The translations under genes and the position numbers were made by a program. From positions 28,706,543 through 28,770,542 of the forward strand of contig NC_069000.1 in NCBI RefSeq assembly GCF_001194135.2: a stretch of DNA of 64,000 nucleotides, given 5' to 3'. Each line of letters starts with the position of its first letter. Positions within the stretch are counted from its first letter, which is position 1. This stretch comes from Octopus bimaculoides. Taxonomy: Eukaryota. This document shows positions 25,087-37,577 of this stretch, piece by piece. The notes beneath the pieces were generated by a model. The model was given only the letters and a program-made list of their open reading frames with translations, was not told where the DNA came from and searched no databases.

Positions 25087-25915
25087 ATTTGATGAGTAAT
25101 TTAGTAGACTGCTATTGAAGGATCTCATTAGAATCTTTCATAAAGAGTTTGCAATCCTTATCCTTAATGAGAGCACAAGAAATTGTCATCATCATTTGAA
25201 ATTAACTTTTCCATACTTGCATGAGTCAGAAATTGTTGTGGCCAGAATTTTTCTATGACCAGATGATTCTGCCTGCTCACCACCTTAACTTAACATGTAT
25301 TAAAGAAATCATTTTGATGATTACAGGTCAAATCTTTACTCAATGCATTACTCTTGGAGCTGATGAGCAGAAAGAACCTGAACTTGAGAAGAAGGGGCAT
25401 CTCAACAGGTTGAACTATCATTTCAAGCATAATCTTCCGCAATATTTTCTATACTTCATTGAGATGAGAAATGTCGCAAGTATTACTAAATATGTTTACC
25501 CACTTTTCCTTTATGGAATATCATTAGCAATGCATTCCTCCAACCATAGCTAACTATATCAATTTCCAACAAATTCTTTATATAATATTACACAGAAGAT
25601 CCAGCATTCTAATTACCCTAATTTGAGCAGTTTTGCTACTTTATCATGAATGCCAAGAGTTTTTCCATTTCAAAATTTGTGACAAACCATTCTTACTTCA
25701 TGGTAAGTGGATGATGAAGAAAGAGTTTTTTTAAAAAAATTTGATGAGTAATTTAGTAGACTGCTATTGAAGGATCTCATTAGAATCTTTCATAAAGAGT
25801 TTGCAATCCTTAGCCTTAATGAGAGCATGAGAAATTGTCATCATCATTTGAAATTTACTTTTCCATACTTGCATAAGTCAGAAATTGTTGTGACCAGAAT
25901 TTTTCTATGACCAGA
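25087..25915 (-). mobile_element. Degenerate hAT-like transposase 3' remnant with a ~175-bp direct duplication (25087-25263 / 25739-25915)
   Basis: Duplication is directly visible; the intervening minus frame has MPLLLKFRFFLLISSKSNALS (weak hAT-like). Confidence 0.4.
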
Positions 25916-27242
25916 TGCTTTTCTTGTCACCAACCTTTATCTGTTTCCAAGTAAGGTAACATTTCCTCATGGCCAGACATGCTTTCCATAGAAAAATGGA
26001 AATGAACAACATTGCTTGTATGACCGTGATGTTTGTTTATAACAATTACCTGATGTCAAGACGAGATACACACACATATATACATATATATGCAATGACC
26101 TTCTTTCAGTTTCTGTCAACCAGATCCACTCACAAGGCTTTGGTTTGGTTGGCCCAAAGTTGTAATATAAAACAATAGCTCAAGGTGCCACACACACAGC
26201 CAAGCCTACATAAGAGAATAAAGTTCTTTAATAATCCTTTTGTTCTCGGGATTCTGAAATGACAGGCTATATATATATATTTTTTGTTATGAACGAAAAA
26301 ATTTATATTCAGATAATTTCTCATTTGTACAACGTGAATTAGAACACCGCTCTCTGGTTTTGCAAGCGAAGATGATATAACAATTCTTTGTGGTCACATG
26401 ACTGTTTATAATGTAGGCGGTATGATTTTAGTGCACTTTATGGTGTGGGTGAAGTATAAAGACTATTTGCCCATGTGGCAAATTAGTTTATGCTAGAAAC
26501 CAATGTGAACAGGTGGTTCAAAGTTCATGCTGGAAGACGATGTGCAACAGGCGTGATGAAAGTCAACATGAATGGTTTTATGTAGTAGTCGGTGTCATGT
26601 GGTCGATGTCAGGCAGTTGATGTAAGCAATTTCGTATGGAACAGTTGAGACAGTATTTGGTGTAGAGTGTGAAGTTGGTTTTGGCAGTTAACGTAAACAG
26701 TGGACAGTTTTGAATTGACTGCTAAAATAGTGTGAACTCGGCAACATAAAGAAGGTAGAATGCTACCATGAATTCAGAAGTAACAACAATTTTGTTTATT
26801 ATTTTCAACTCTTCTGACTTCTTTGACTATTGCTTCTTCTGCTCTAAGCAAATTGGTTTGCTGAGCTTTGCCTACGCGGTCTTCTGAGCTATCAGACACA
26901 GACTGTTGTGTTATAAGTGATTTCAGGAGGCTATATATATACTTATATATAAATACTTTTTTTCAGTGATTTGATTGTGGCCATGCTGTGGCACAATCTT
27001 GAAGAATTTTGAGTAGAAAAAATCAACCTCNNNNNNNNNNNNNNNNNNNNNNNNNNNNNNNNNNNNNNNNNNNNNNNNNNNNNNNNNNNNNNNNNNNNNN
27101 NNNNNNNNNNNNNNNNNNNNNNNNNNNNNNNNNNNNNNNNNNNNNNNNNNNNNNNNNNNNNNNNNNNNNNNNNNNNNNNNNNNNNNNNNNNNNNNNNNNN
27201 NNNNNNNNNNNNNNNNNNNNNNNNNNNNNNNNNNNNNNNNNN

Positions 27243-27313
<71 letters not shown>

Positions 27314-27321
27314 GATAGATA

Positions 27322-28186
27322 GGAGGTCTGATCCATAAGTATCTAGACTGCTGCTATAGTAACGAAACTAAAGCATGCAGAGTGAAGCTGCTTGGCACAA
27401 ATTGATCTGGAACTCTACTGTGCATGCACACTAAGTTTTAATGTTCTAGCTCACATCCACTGTTTACAGCAGTGCTTGGAAGGAACGTGTGTAGCGTGTC
27501 ATCGTTGCATTGATCATGACAGAGAAAGTTGTCATGGTGATACCTGCTCAGAGGCCTATGCAAAGATGTAGAAAGTGTATGGAGAGGAGTGTATGAGCTG
27601 CACACGAGTGGTTCAGATATTTCCAAGATGGCCAAAAAAATGTCAATATTGATGAATGTTCTGGGAGACTTACAACCAGCAGAAGTGAGAAAAATAACAC
27701 AGATGTGTGTGCAGCTGTGAGGGGAAATCGGTGAATCATCATCCGTGAGTTATCAGAGGATGTGCAGATTAGTTACGATTCAGTTAACTCCATTATCACT
27801 GAATATTTGGGTCTGAGATGCATATCTGCCAAGTTTGTACCAAAACTGTTTTCAGAAGAACAAAAAGACACTTGGGTTTCAGTTGTACAAGTTAACCTTG
27901 ATTGTGTTGAGAACAATGAAAACTCTTTGAAAACTTTGCATAGGCCTCTGAGCAGGTATCACCAAGGTTTTGGCAAAATTAGATGCAGACTCTCAGCTCA
28001 ACTTTCTGTCATGGTCAATGCAACGATCACACACTACACTGTAAAAAGCGCAAATGAGCTAGAACATTAAAACTTAGTGCACATGCACAACAGAGTTCAA
28101 AGTAAGTCTGTGCCAAGTGGCTTCACTGTCCATGCTTTATCCTTGTTACTATAGCAACAGTCTGGATACTTATTGATCACACCACG
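27322..28186 (+). mobile_element. Palindromic mariner derivative (865 bp) whose right end is an inverted copy of the 5' end
   Basis: TA-flanked TIRs (ggaggtctgatccataagtatc / gatacttattgatcacaccacg); ~245-bp arms; centre encodes the HTH part ...GDTCSEAYAK...ISAKFVPKL. Confidence 0.85.
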
Positions 28187-29163
28187 TATATATATATATA
28201 TATATATACATACATACACACACATGATGGGATTCATTGACTTTTCTGTGACAATTCATAGCTGTTCTTCTTCTAAAAATACACATAATATACTAATGGC
28301 AAATGTGTGTGTGTGATGTGTGTGTGCATGTGCATGTATGTGTATATAAATTACGAAATTTAATACAATGCTATTTAAACACATGCACACTGACTTTTCT
28401 AAATGTGGAAGTGAAGACGGAGCAGAGGGAGAAGGAGGTTCATTATTTGAAAGAATGAAATTTAATACAGGAATAAAAAAAAAAAGTGACTTCATGACAT
28501 ATAGCATAGCATGTTCAAAAGAAAAACAATGCAAAAAAATAGATAAACAAATAAAAACAAAATAACCATGTATCCCACCCCCAAATCCAAACTGAAAATG
28601 GATGGATGAGAAAAAGACAGAAAGGAAAAGGGAAAATGTGGTGTGCGAGAAGAAATCCCCCCCCCCCCGACAAGATACAGACAGGTGAGGAAGTGGGGGA
28701 GAAATATAGCATCAATATTTTCCTTGAAATATATCTTTTACTCACCCCTTTTCCATACTACCACCACCACAGGAAAATATATAAAAAAAACAGGGTGATA
28801 TAAAAGAAAAACTACAGACAAAACAAAAAAAAACTGCACCTGATGTGCCAGGGTGAATATTTACAAAGTAAACACACGCCCATCAAAACTGTACTCTTTC
28901 ACACAACTTCAATATTTCCAGGGCAGCTAAATCTACATATTAAGTACTTAAATTTAAGTCCATCACTCTTCCTCTCTATCCTTCAGCCACACCAAAATTA
29001 AAACTTCCCAAACTAGATTAGGTTAGGTAGGTAGGCTGGAACATGTTACCATATGTGTGTGTACATGTATGTGTGCAAGCATGCATGAGCATATATAAAT
29101 ATATAAATATGTATTCATATAAATATGCATATATACATATATAATTCAATATATATATAATTC

Positions 29164-29196
<33 letters not shown>

Positions 29197-29997
29197 TAAA
29201 TAAATATAAATAAATATAAATGTTAATATATATATATATATATATATATACNNNNNNNNNNNNNNNNNNNNNNNNNNNNNNNNNNNNNNNNNNNNNNNNN
29301 NNNNNNNNNNNNNNNNNNNNNNNNNNNNNNNNNNNNNNNNNNNNNNNNNNNNNNNNNNNNNNNNNNNNNNNNNNNNNNNNNNNNNNNNNNNNNNNNNNNN
29401 NNNNNNNNNNNNNNNNNNNNNNNNNNNNNNNNNNNNNNNNNNNNNNNNNNNNNNNNNNNNNNNNNNNNNNNNNNNNNNNNNNNNNNNNNNNNNNNNNNNN
29501 NNNNNNNNNNNNNNNNNNNNNNNNNNNNNNNNNNNNNNNNNNNNNNNNNNNNNNNNNNNNNNNNNNNNNNNNNNNNNNNNNNNNNNNNNNNNNNNNNNNN
29601 NNNNNNNNNNNNNNNNNNNNNNNNNNNNNNNNNNNNNNNNNNNNNNNNNNNNNNNNNNNNNNNNNNNNNNNNNNNNNNNNNNNNNNNNNNNNNNNNNNNN
29701 NNNNNNNNNNNNNNNNNNNNNNNNNNNNNNNNNNNNNNNNNNNNNNNNNNNNNNNNNNNNNNNNNNNNNNNNNNNNNNNNNNNNNNNNNNNNNNNNNNNN
29801 NNNNNNNNNNNNNNNNNNNNNNNNNNNNNNNNNNNNNNNNNNNNNNNNNNNNNNNNNNNNNNNNNNNNNNNNNNNNNNNNNNNNNNNNNNNNNNNNNNNN
29901 NNNNNNNNNNNNNNNNNNNNNNNNNNNNNNNNNNNNNNNNNNNNNNNNNNNNNNNNNNNNNNNNNNNNNNNNNNNNNNNNNNNNNNNNNNNNNNNNN

Positions 29998-30110
29998 GAC
30001 AGGAAGCGGTCCAGTTTCCTAGGGCTAAATAGCAGTAGTATATTCCATTATTGGGACTGTCACGTTAAGTTGGCAGTATACAACTACTTTATCGCATCAC
30101 TACTGCTTAA
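29998..30110 (+). repeat. Partial copy of the repeat that follows the hammerhead at 61776-61985
   Basis: ggctaaatagcagtag...gactg(t/c)cac(g/a)ttaagt shared with 61900-61975; 5' part lost in gap. Confidence 0.6.
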
Positions 30111-30219
30111 GTCTCTCTGAGAGATTTAGAAATGTATTATTTCTAATATATATATATATCCAAAGTTTTAAATTTAAAAGAGAGTTTTGACGCTAATATC
30201 CATTATTATTGAAATTTAT

Positions 30220-30446
30220 TTCTATGTCAACATTTCTGTATAAGGCTATATTTGACTGTCAAATTTAAGTCAAACATATGAATTGCCTTACACGTCTTCA
30301 GGGGAAAAAATACTTCGAGACGATGTTTTGGTATTTACCTTTTGTTCTTAAACTATTTTTTTCCCTGAAGACGTGTAAGGCAATTTATATGTTTGACTTA
30401 AATTTGACAGTCAAATATAGCCTTATACAGAAATGTTGACATAGGA
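30220..30446. repeat. Foldback element: two ~93-bp inverted arms, 41-nt spacer, each arm carrying a hammerhead-like core
   Basis: Arms 30220-30312 and 30354-30446 differ at about 3 positions. Confidence 0.9.
30365..30437 (+). ncRNA. Hammerhead-like motif with long stem II (mirror copy on minus strand at 30231-30301)
   Basis: CTGAAGA-c-gtgtaaggc...gccttatac-a-GAAA-tg-TT; 9-bp stem II base plus inner tttgact/agtcaaa hairpin; stem I poorly formed. Confidence 0.5.
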
Positions 30447-31009
30447 ACAGCAGCATAGTCGAGATGGTATGTTTTCTTCTCTTACTGTTGTTTTTTGAAA
30501 ACATCTTCAAAGTGACTTTCTAAAATGAAATTCCATTATGCAGCTGAGGAGTACATTTTCATTGTACATTCTGTGGTGTTCTCACTCCATGAATAAATGG
30601 AGCTTGTACAAAACGTACGTACTGCTATAACCTATTGAATTTTTGTTGCTTATCTTCAAATATATATGTATGTATATATAATTTATAAGAAAATATACAA
30701 AAATACATATATACAAGGTGCAAAGGGTATTTGAGAACATTTAATTATAAGTATATTACTCTTTCCAGGCCAAATAAAAGGGTTACCCCTTGACAGATAA
30801 AAAGTCAACACAAGAAATGAAAAGACATGCTGTCATGATTGCCATATGTGTGAAACGCAACAACTTAGAAATTACAAGACCTTTTGTACAAAGTTCAGAT
30901 GGAATTGGAAGCCTCTAGCAGGAATGCTTCAAACATATCAAAAAGAGGAAAACTTTCTCAAGAAGACTCATCTGTCACAGCAGAAATGATAACAGTGTTG
31001 ATGTCACAT

Positions 31010-31228
31010 AAAAAGCACTTGCACTGGTGCCACGTTAAAAGCATTTGTGCTGGTGCTACATAATAAGCAACTTTATGGAGTGGTTGGTGTTACGAAGGGC
31101 ATCCAGCTGTAGAATTCATGCCAGAACAGTGGAGCCTTGTGCAGCCTCTGGCCTTGCCAGCTCTGGTCAAACCATCCAATCCATTCCAGCATGGAAAACA
31201 GATGTTAGATGATGATGATAACGATGAT
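31010..31228 (+). mobile_element. RTE-tail-type short repeat
   Basis: gaagggcatccagctgtagaa...caaaccatccaatccattccagcatggaaaacagatgttagatgatgatg. Confidence 0.7.
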
Positions 31229-32945
31229 GCTGATGATAACTTTGAGTGTTTGTTCACTATTAGGGCACTGCAATTCATCCAAAAGGTTCAAAACATTATC
31301 AATAAAACAAAAACAAAAAAAGTAATAAAGTCTGAGTGTAGGTTCACATCTATATATACTATGTATTTTTTACAAGGAGATAAAAACCAGTTTAAATTGA
31401 AACAAATATGTAAGTACTATATTTAGCTGTGAGTGAGAGAGAGAGGGAGAGAGAGAGATGAAATGCAAACTTGGTTCTTAAGGTTCTTTTATTCTCTTAC
31501 TGAGTTCAGTCATTGAATTGTGGTCATGCTGGAGTAGTGCCTTCAACAGTTTAGCTGATTATATTGATGTCAGTATTTGTCTGGAGTTTATTTTATCAAC
31601 CATGGAAAATTGATGATATAGAACAAATAGGAATCTAAATGATGTAACACATTTACTTTAACAATCAACTGTCTTAAACACCTAAAAAATAAGTATCTAA
31701 CATTTTGAGATGTATTATCACAAGGCCATGGGTATAGGAAGAGTACAGCTGGTTAAATCAACACAAATACTTGGCTGGTACTACATTTTTGCACCCTTTG
31801 AAGGGTGAAAGACAAAGTTAACTCGGGGGGAGGGGGGAGGATTTGGATTCAGAGCAAGCTCAAATCTCACTAATTATAATTACGACAATTTTACATTACA
31901 GAACATTTAGTAATCCTGAGAAGGTGAAGACTGGAAACTGATGATAAAGAATTTTAATCCTGTATACAAGGCAGGTAAAACTATACAAGACATGTAACTT
32001 TCCTTTTTTTTTAGGGCAGCTGGTGGGAACTCAACATTGTTGTTGTGAAGTAATATTTTCATTCAGTATATGACCCTGTTCATATTTGGGGAATTTTCAA
32101 GAAAAATGAAATTAAAGCACACATACATATATAAACCCCTAGATAAAAAGAGGAAAAAAAAACCCTGTACATATAGAAATAATCACACATCTCACATGTG
32201 CATCAATAACTTATTTCTTTAAAACTGTTAGGTTGACAAAAGTAAAAGTACCTGAATGAAAGATAATTTTTACTGAATGAATAGAATAGCAGAATGGTAC
32301 TAAGATGACATGGATAGTTTTAGGCAACTTCAGACAGTAGTGAGGTAGGTTAAGCTTTTAAGGTTAGAAGAAATAAAAGTCAGTATCTCTTAGTCTTCCT
32401 AACCTTACACACATAGCTGTTGAGCTATATACCTTTTTCCTCCCCCCTCTCTCTCTCACATACATACATACATAAACATTTAAATACACATATGCATACA
32501 CACACATCTATATATACATACATATATATACACACACACACACACACATATAAATGTTAATACAAGAAGATTGATTGAAATGACTTTATTAAAAATCAGT
32601 ACAATTATTGCAACACGCCATTATCAGATTCGAAGCACTGCAGTGCTTTGACTCTGGTCACTCGGGGATGCACACATATACAGCTATTGTTGAAACATTA
32701 ACACAATGTTGCCTCAAATTTATGTAATATTCATACTCTATGGATATTTGTGGATTTTCATATGTATATCCAGTAACAGAAGAGCCACTGTATAATAATA
32801 TTTGATAGCCAGAGAGAAGTTTTGGAAAGCACACTATAAGGTTATTACTCAGATTTATACACATATGTGGGATTATTTATGTCTTTATCTGCTTCAAGCG
32901 CCACTGGTAAAAACATGATATCTACAGATATGTAAATATGTATAT

Positions 32946-32993
<48 letters not shown>

Positions 32994-32994
32994 C

Positions 32995-33846
32995 TCACTC
33001 AGAGTAAAAGGCAGACTGTATGATGCATGTATACGAACAGCCATGCTTCATGGCAGTGAAACATGGGCCATGACTGCTGAGGACAAGCGTAAGCTCACAA
33101 GAAACAAGGCCAGTATGCGCCGATGGATGTGTAATGTCAGTGTGCATACTAGACAGAGTGTAAGTACTTTGAGAGAAAAGTTAGACCGAAGAAACATCAG
33201 TTGTGGTGTGCAAGAGAGATGATTGCGCTGGTATGGACATGTGGTGAGAATGGATGAGGATAGCTGTATGAAAAAGTGCCAGGAAGACCTGGGATGAAGT
33301 GGTGAAGCACGACCTTTGAACTTTAGGCCTCACCGAGGCAATGACCAGTGACCGAGACCTTTGGAAATATGCAGTATGTGAGAAGACCCGGCAAGGCAAG
33401 TGAGAGCATAATCTGTGACCTCTGCCAGAAGTGTAGCCAGCTCACTTATTCGTATCTTTACTTCATTGGACATTAAAAACTCTGCTTGCGAACACCTGTT
33501 GAGGCAAGTGAATTTGCAATTTGGTATCTGAAATCGAAATTGAACCGAATCTGACGACTGGCACCCATGCCAACCTTTCCTTCATTGGACACTAAACTCT
33601 ACTTGCGAAGACCTGTTGGGGCAAGTGAAATCGAAATCGTAATTGAACCATACTCAATGACTGGCACCTGCATCGAGCGTGTTCATTGCCAGATCAGCTG
33701 TCTGGCTTCCGTGCTAGTGGCCCGTAAATAGCACCATTTGAGTGGAATTGTTACCAGCATCGCCTTCTAGCTCTTGTGCTGGTGGCATGTTAGAAAATCA
33801 TTCGAGAGAGGTCATTGCCAGTACCGCTGGACTGGCTCCTGTGCAC
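32995..33846 (+). mobile_element. 5'-truncated RTE-clade LINE (C-terminus and 3'UTR with ~120-bp internal tandem duplication)
   Basis: SLRVKGRLYDACIRTAMLHGSETWAMTAED...LRWYGHVVRMDEDSCMKKC; cttcattggaca...gcaagtgaa repeated at ~33460 and ~33579. Confidence 0.9.
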
Positions 33847-34840
33847 NNNNNNNNNNNNNNNNNNNNNNNNNNNNNNNNNNNNNNNNNNNNNNNNNNNNNN
33901 NNNNNNNNNNNNNNNNNNNNNNNNNNNNNNNNNNNNNNNNNNNNNNNNNNNNNNNNNNNNNNNNNNNNNNNNNNNNNNNNNNNNNNNNNNNNNNNNNNNN
34001 NNNNNNNNNNNNNNNNNNNNNNNNNNNNNNNNNNNNNNNNNNNNNNNNNNNNNNNNNNNNNNNNNNNNNNNNNNNNNNNNNNNNNNNNNNNNNNNNNNNN
34101 NNNNNNNNNNNNNNNNNNNNNNNNNNNNNNNNNNNNNNNNNNNNNNNNNNNNNNNNNNNNNNNNNNNNNNNNNNNNNNNNNNNNNNNNNNNNNNNNNNNN
34201 NNNNNNNNNNNNNNNNNNNNNNNNNNNNNNNNNNNNNNNNNNNNNNNNNNNNNNNNNNNNNNNNNNNNNNNNNNNNNNNNNNNNNNNNNNNNNNNNNNNN
34301 NNNNNNNNNNNNNNNNNNNNNNNNNNNNNNNNNNNNNNNNNNNNNNNNNNNNNNNNNNNNNNNNNNNNNNNNNNNNNNNNNNNNNNNNNNNNNNNNNNNN
34401 NNNNNNNNNNNNNNNNNNNNNNNNNNNNNNNNNNNNNNNNNNNNNNNNNNNNNNNNNNNNNNNNNNNNNNNNNNNNNNNNNNNNNNNNNNNNNNNNNNNN
34501 NNNNNNNNNNNNNNNNNNNNNNNNNNNNNNNNNNNNNNNNNNNNNNNNNNNNNNNNNNNNNNNNNNNNNNNNNNNNNNNNNNNNNNNNNNNNNNNNNNNN
34601 NNNNNNNNNNNNNNNNNNNNNNNNNNNNNNNNNNNNNNNNNNNNNNNNNNNNNNNNNNNNNNNNNNNNNNNNNNNNNNNNNNNNNNNNNNNNNNNNNNNN
34701 NNNNNNNNNNNNNNNNNNNNNNNNNNNNNNNNNNNNNNNNNNNNNNNNNNNNNNNNNNNNNNNNNNNNNNNNNNNNNNNNNNNNNNNNNNNNNNNNNNNN
34801 NNNNNNNNNNNNNNNNNNNNNNNNNNNNNNNNNNNNNNNN

Positions 34841-34905
<65 letters not shown>

Positions 34906-35399
34906 TGTATATGGCTTCATGGTATAGATAAGTCACAAAGATGATGAAACATTAATGTCTACTGCTTCTGCAACAGGACCTGGCATGAGTTGTCTCGCAT
35001 GTCTATGACCTTTAGATGTTTTTACACCAGGCATATTGACAAGAAAATTTTCTCTCAATGCCTATAAATCTCAGCCTGCCAATGAACAGGCAAAACACAT
35101 ATCTTGTGTATATGTATTCAATATTGTGTATATTTCTTGGGTGCTTCTCATTCATATTTAAATGTGTGTGTTTGCATGCATGTGTGTACGTATTTGTAAT
35201 ATCTACAATAATTGTACTAGTTATATATGTACTGTAAATATACAAATGATAACTAACAAAGTGTGCAACTGTGTAAGATCATTGGATAATAAATGTCAAA
35301 TGAAGAATATCATTTATAGATGCTTCATAGCTCTAATCTCGTTCTTATATATATTAGTGCTACAGCTATTAATTTCAAATTTAGAGTACATAGCCATTT

Positions 35400-35650
35400 A
35401 CACACCTTTATAAGAGAGGATAAGGCCAATTCAACATCATTGGCAAGAAAAATCTGGAAATTAAAACGACTAGGTATTAAATAGACAATTTCTTTGTCTT
35501 TTGGAAGAAATGCTGTGCCATATTCAGATGGTGGTGACTGATACTCATTATGTTGTATGGAAATCCTTTTAAAAAAATCATGCAATGTAAGAAGAATCTT
35601 ATTACTTACAAAACATTCCCATAAGATTAGAAAAGTTTTCCTATAATACC
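35400..35650 (+). mobile_element. Penelope-like GIY-YIG C-terminal remnant
   Basis: KANSTSLARKIWKLKRLGIK*TISLSFGRNAVPYSDGGD*YSLCCMEILL parallels the C-terminus of the 800-1425 remnant. Confidence 0.65.
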
Positions 35651-35942
35651 AACTGGTATAATAATTTTTTAAATATTGTTATGGTATTAAAGCTAGAATT
35701 ATTATTATTGTGTCAATAGAATTAATCATATCAATTTTTAATATTTAATATTTCTGATATTTAATATTTACTATAAATACAATTGATATGTATAATAATA
35801 ATAATAATAATAATAATAAATTAATAATATGCCCTGATGCAATACTAAGCAACAGCTCTCATCGCTTCTGATGTTAACTGATTGGAAGTGTTAACATATA
35901 CATATTTTTTCGTGACATAAAAGATGGGCTACAGCAAATTTT

Positions 35943-35964
35943 CTGCTGCTGCTGCTGCTGTTGC

Positions 35965-36025
<61 letters not shown>

Positions 36026-36040
36026 AATAATAATAATAAT
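35943..36040. repeat. Compound trinucleotide microsatellite (CTG)n(GAT)n(AAT)n
   Basis: Direct reading. Confidence 0.95.
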
Positions 36041-36041
36041 A

Positions 36042-36965
36042 TTTAATTACCAAAAACACATAATGAAAAGAAATATAACAAGTAACTGTAGAATATGTGG
36101 AGATGGACAAGAAACAATAAATCATATTATTTCTGGCTGCCCAGTCCTGGCTAAGAAGGAATATATTCACAGACATGACAGAGCTGGGACCTATATACAC
36201 TGGAAGCTATGCCAACACTATGGAATAACAACAGAAAAAAGATGGTATANNNNNNNNNNNNNNNNNNNNNNNNNNNNNNNNNNNNNNNNNNNNNNNNNNN
36301 NNNNNNNNNNNNNNNNNNNNNNNNNNNNNNNNNNNNNNNNNNNNNNNNNNNNNNNNNNNNNNNNNNNNNNNNNNNNNNNNNNNNNNNNNNNNNNNNNNNN
36401 NNNNNNNNNNNNNNNNNNNNNNNNNNNNNNNNNNNNNNNNNNNNNNNNNNNNNNNNNNNNNNNNNNNNNNNNNNNNNNNNNNNNNNNNNNNNNNNNNNNN
36501 NNNNNNNNNNNNNNNNNNNNNNNNNNNNNNNNNNNNNNNNNNNNNNNNNNNNNNNNNNNNNNNNNNNNNNNNNNNNNNNNATCAATACCAGCAGATGACA
36601 ACGTTTCTCTAAAAGAAATGGAAAAACTTTCAAAATACAAAGACCTGGAAATAGAGATAACTCGAATGTGGAATCTAAAAACAGAAACAATTCCTATCAT
36701 AGTAGGTGCCTTAGGTATAATATTCAGACAAATACATAACAATATTCAGACAAATACATAACAAAAACACCAGGACTTACAAATATATATAACATACAGA
36801 AAATTGCACTACTGGGTACTGCACACATTCTACGCAAAACACTTTCAATACAGTAAACATAAGAGCACCACAGCAAACCACAGCACATACCCAAGGCGCA
36901 CAGAGCTGCGCTCGGTAGTGAAGTGAAAGCACGTTATAAAAATAAAACTACTGAACAATAATAAT
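36042..36965 (+). mobile_element. 5'-truncated R4/Dong-type non-LTR retrotransposon (CCHC finger and restriction-like endonuclease), spans a gap
   Basis: CRICGDGQETINHIISGC, RHDR, SIPADDNVSLKEMEKLSKYKDL, IPIIVGALG, QKIALLGTAHILRKTL; (AAT)n on both sides. Confidence 0.92.
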
Positions 36966-36974
36966 CCTTTCTAT

Positions 36975-37167
36975 TAAAGGCACAAAGCCTGAAATTTGTG
37001 GGGAGGGGGTAAGTTGACCCCATTGTTCAAGTGGTACTTATTTTATCAATCCTGAAGGGATGAAAGGCAAAGTCGACCTTGCGGAATTTGAACTTGGAAT
37101 GAGAAGACAGATGAAATGCCGCTAAGCAATTCACCTGACATGCTAATGATTCTGCCAGCTCACCAAC
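36975..37167 (-). mobile_element. SINE family B
   Basis: aaaggcacaaagcctgaaatttg...gtggtacttattttatc...gctaagcaatt...gattctgccagctcacc. Confidence 0.8.
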
Positions 37168-37530
37168 CTAATAATAATAACAACAACAACAACAACAACA
37201 ACAACAATAATAATCATAGGTCATATACACTCTGTCAATGTGTATGATTGTTTTCAAGTGTGCAGTATCAGTGTATTTTGTGTGTCTATTATTTTGTGTG
37301 ACTGTGCATCTCTAACTGTATGCATATGTGCATCTGACTTTAGGCATGTCCATAGTTGAATGTTTATCTCAGTCTATGCCTTTGTATATCAACATCATGT
37401 GTTTATGTATGTATGTGTGTGTGTGAGAGAGAGAAAGTGTACATGAATGTTTGCATGCACTTCTGTCTATATGTAAACATTTGTACNNNNNNNNNNNNNN
37501 NNNNNNNNNNNNNNNNNNNNNNNNNNNNNN

Positions 37531-37577
<47 letters not shown>

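Noticed and set aside
33742-34944. Long ORFs in the track, here and at other gaps (19.5, 22.4, 27, 29.2, 39.3, 46.1, 62 kb)
   Set aside because: They are open only because they span N runs.
35325-35585. Minus-strand ORF that looked like a 160-nt coding exon (ISIQHNEYQSPPSEYG...LALSSLIK)
   Set aside because: The plus strand encodes the C-terminus of a Penelope GIY-YIG domain, so the ORF is an antisense shadow; the donor (gtgtgt) is weak.
35874-36200. Poly-Tyr/His/Gln or poly-Met ORFs, and the many THTH/CVCV/LSLS ORFs
   Set aside because: Translations of microsatellites.
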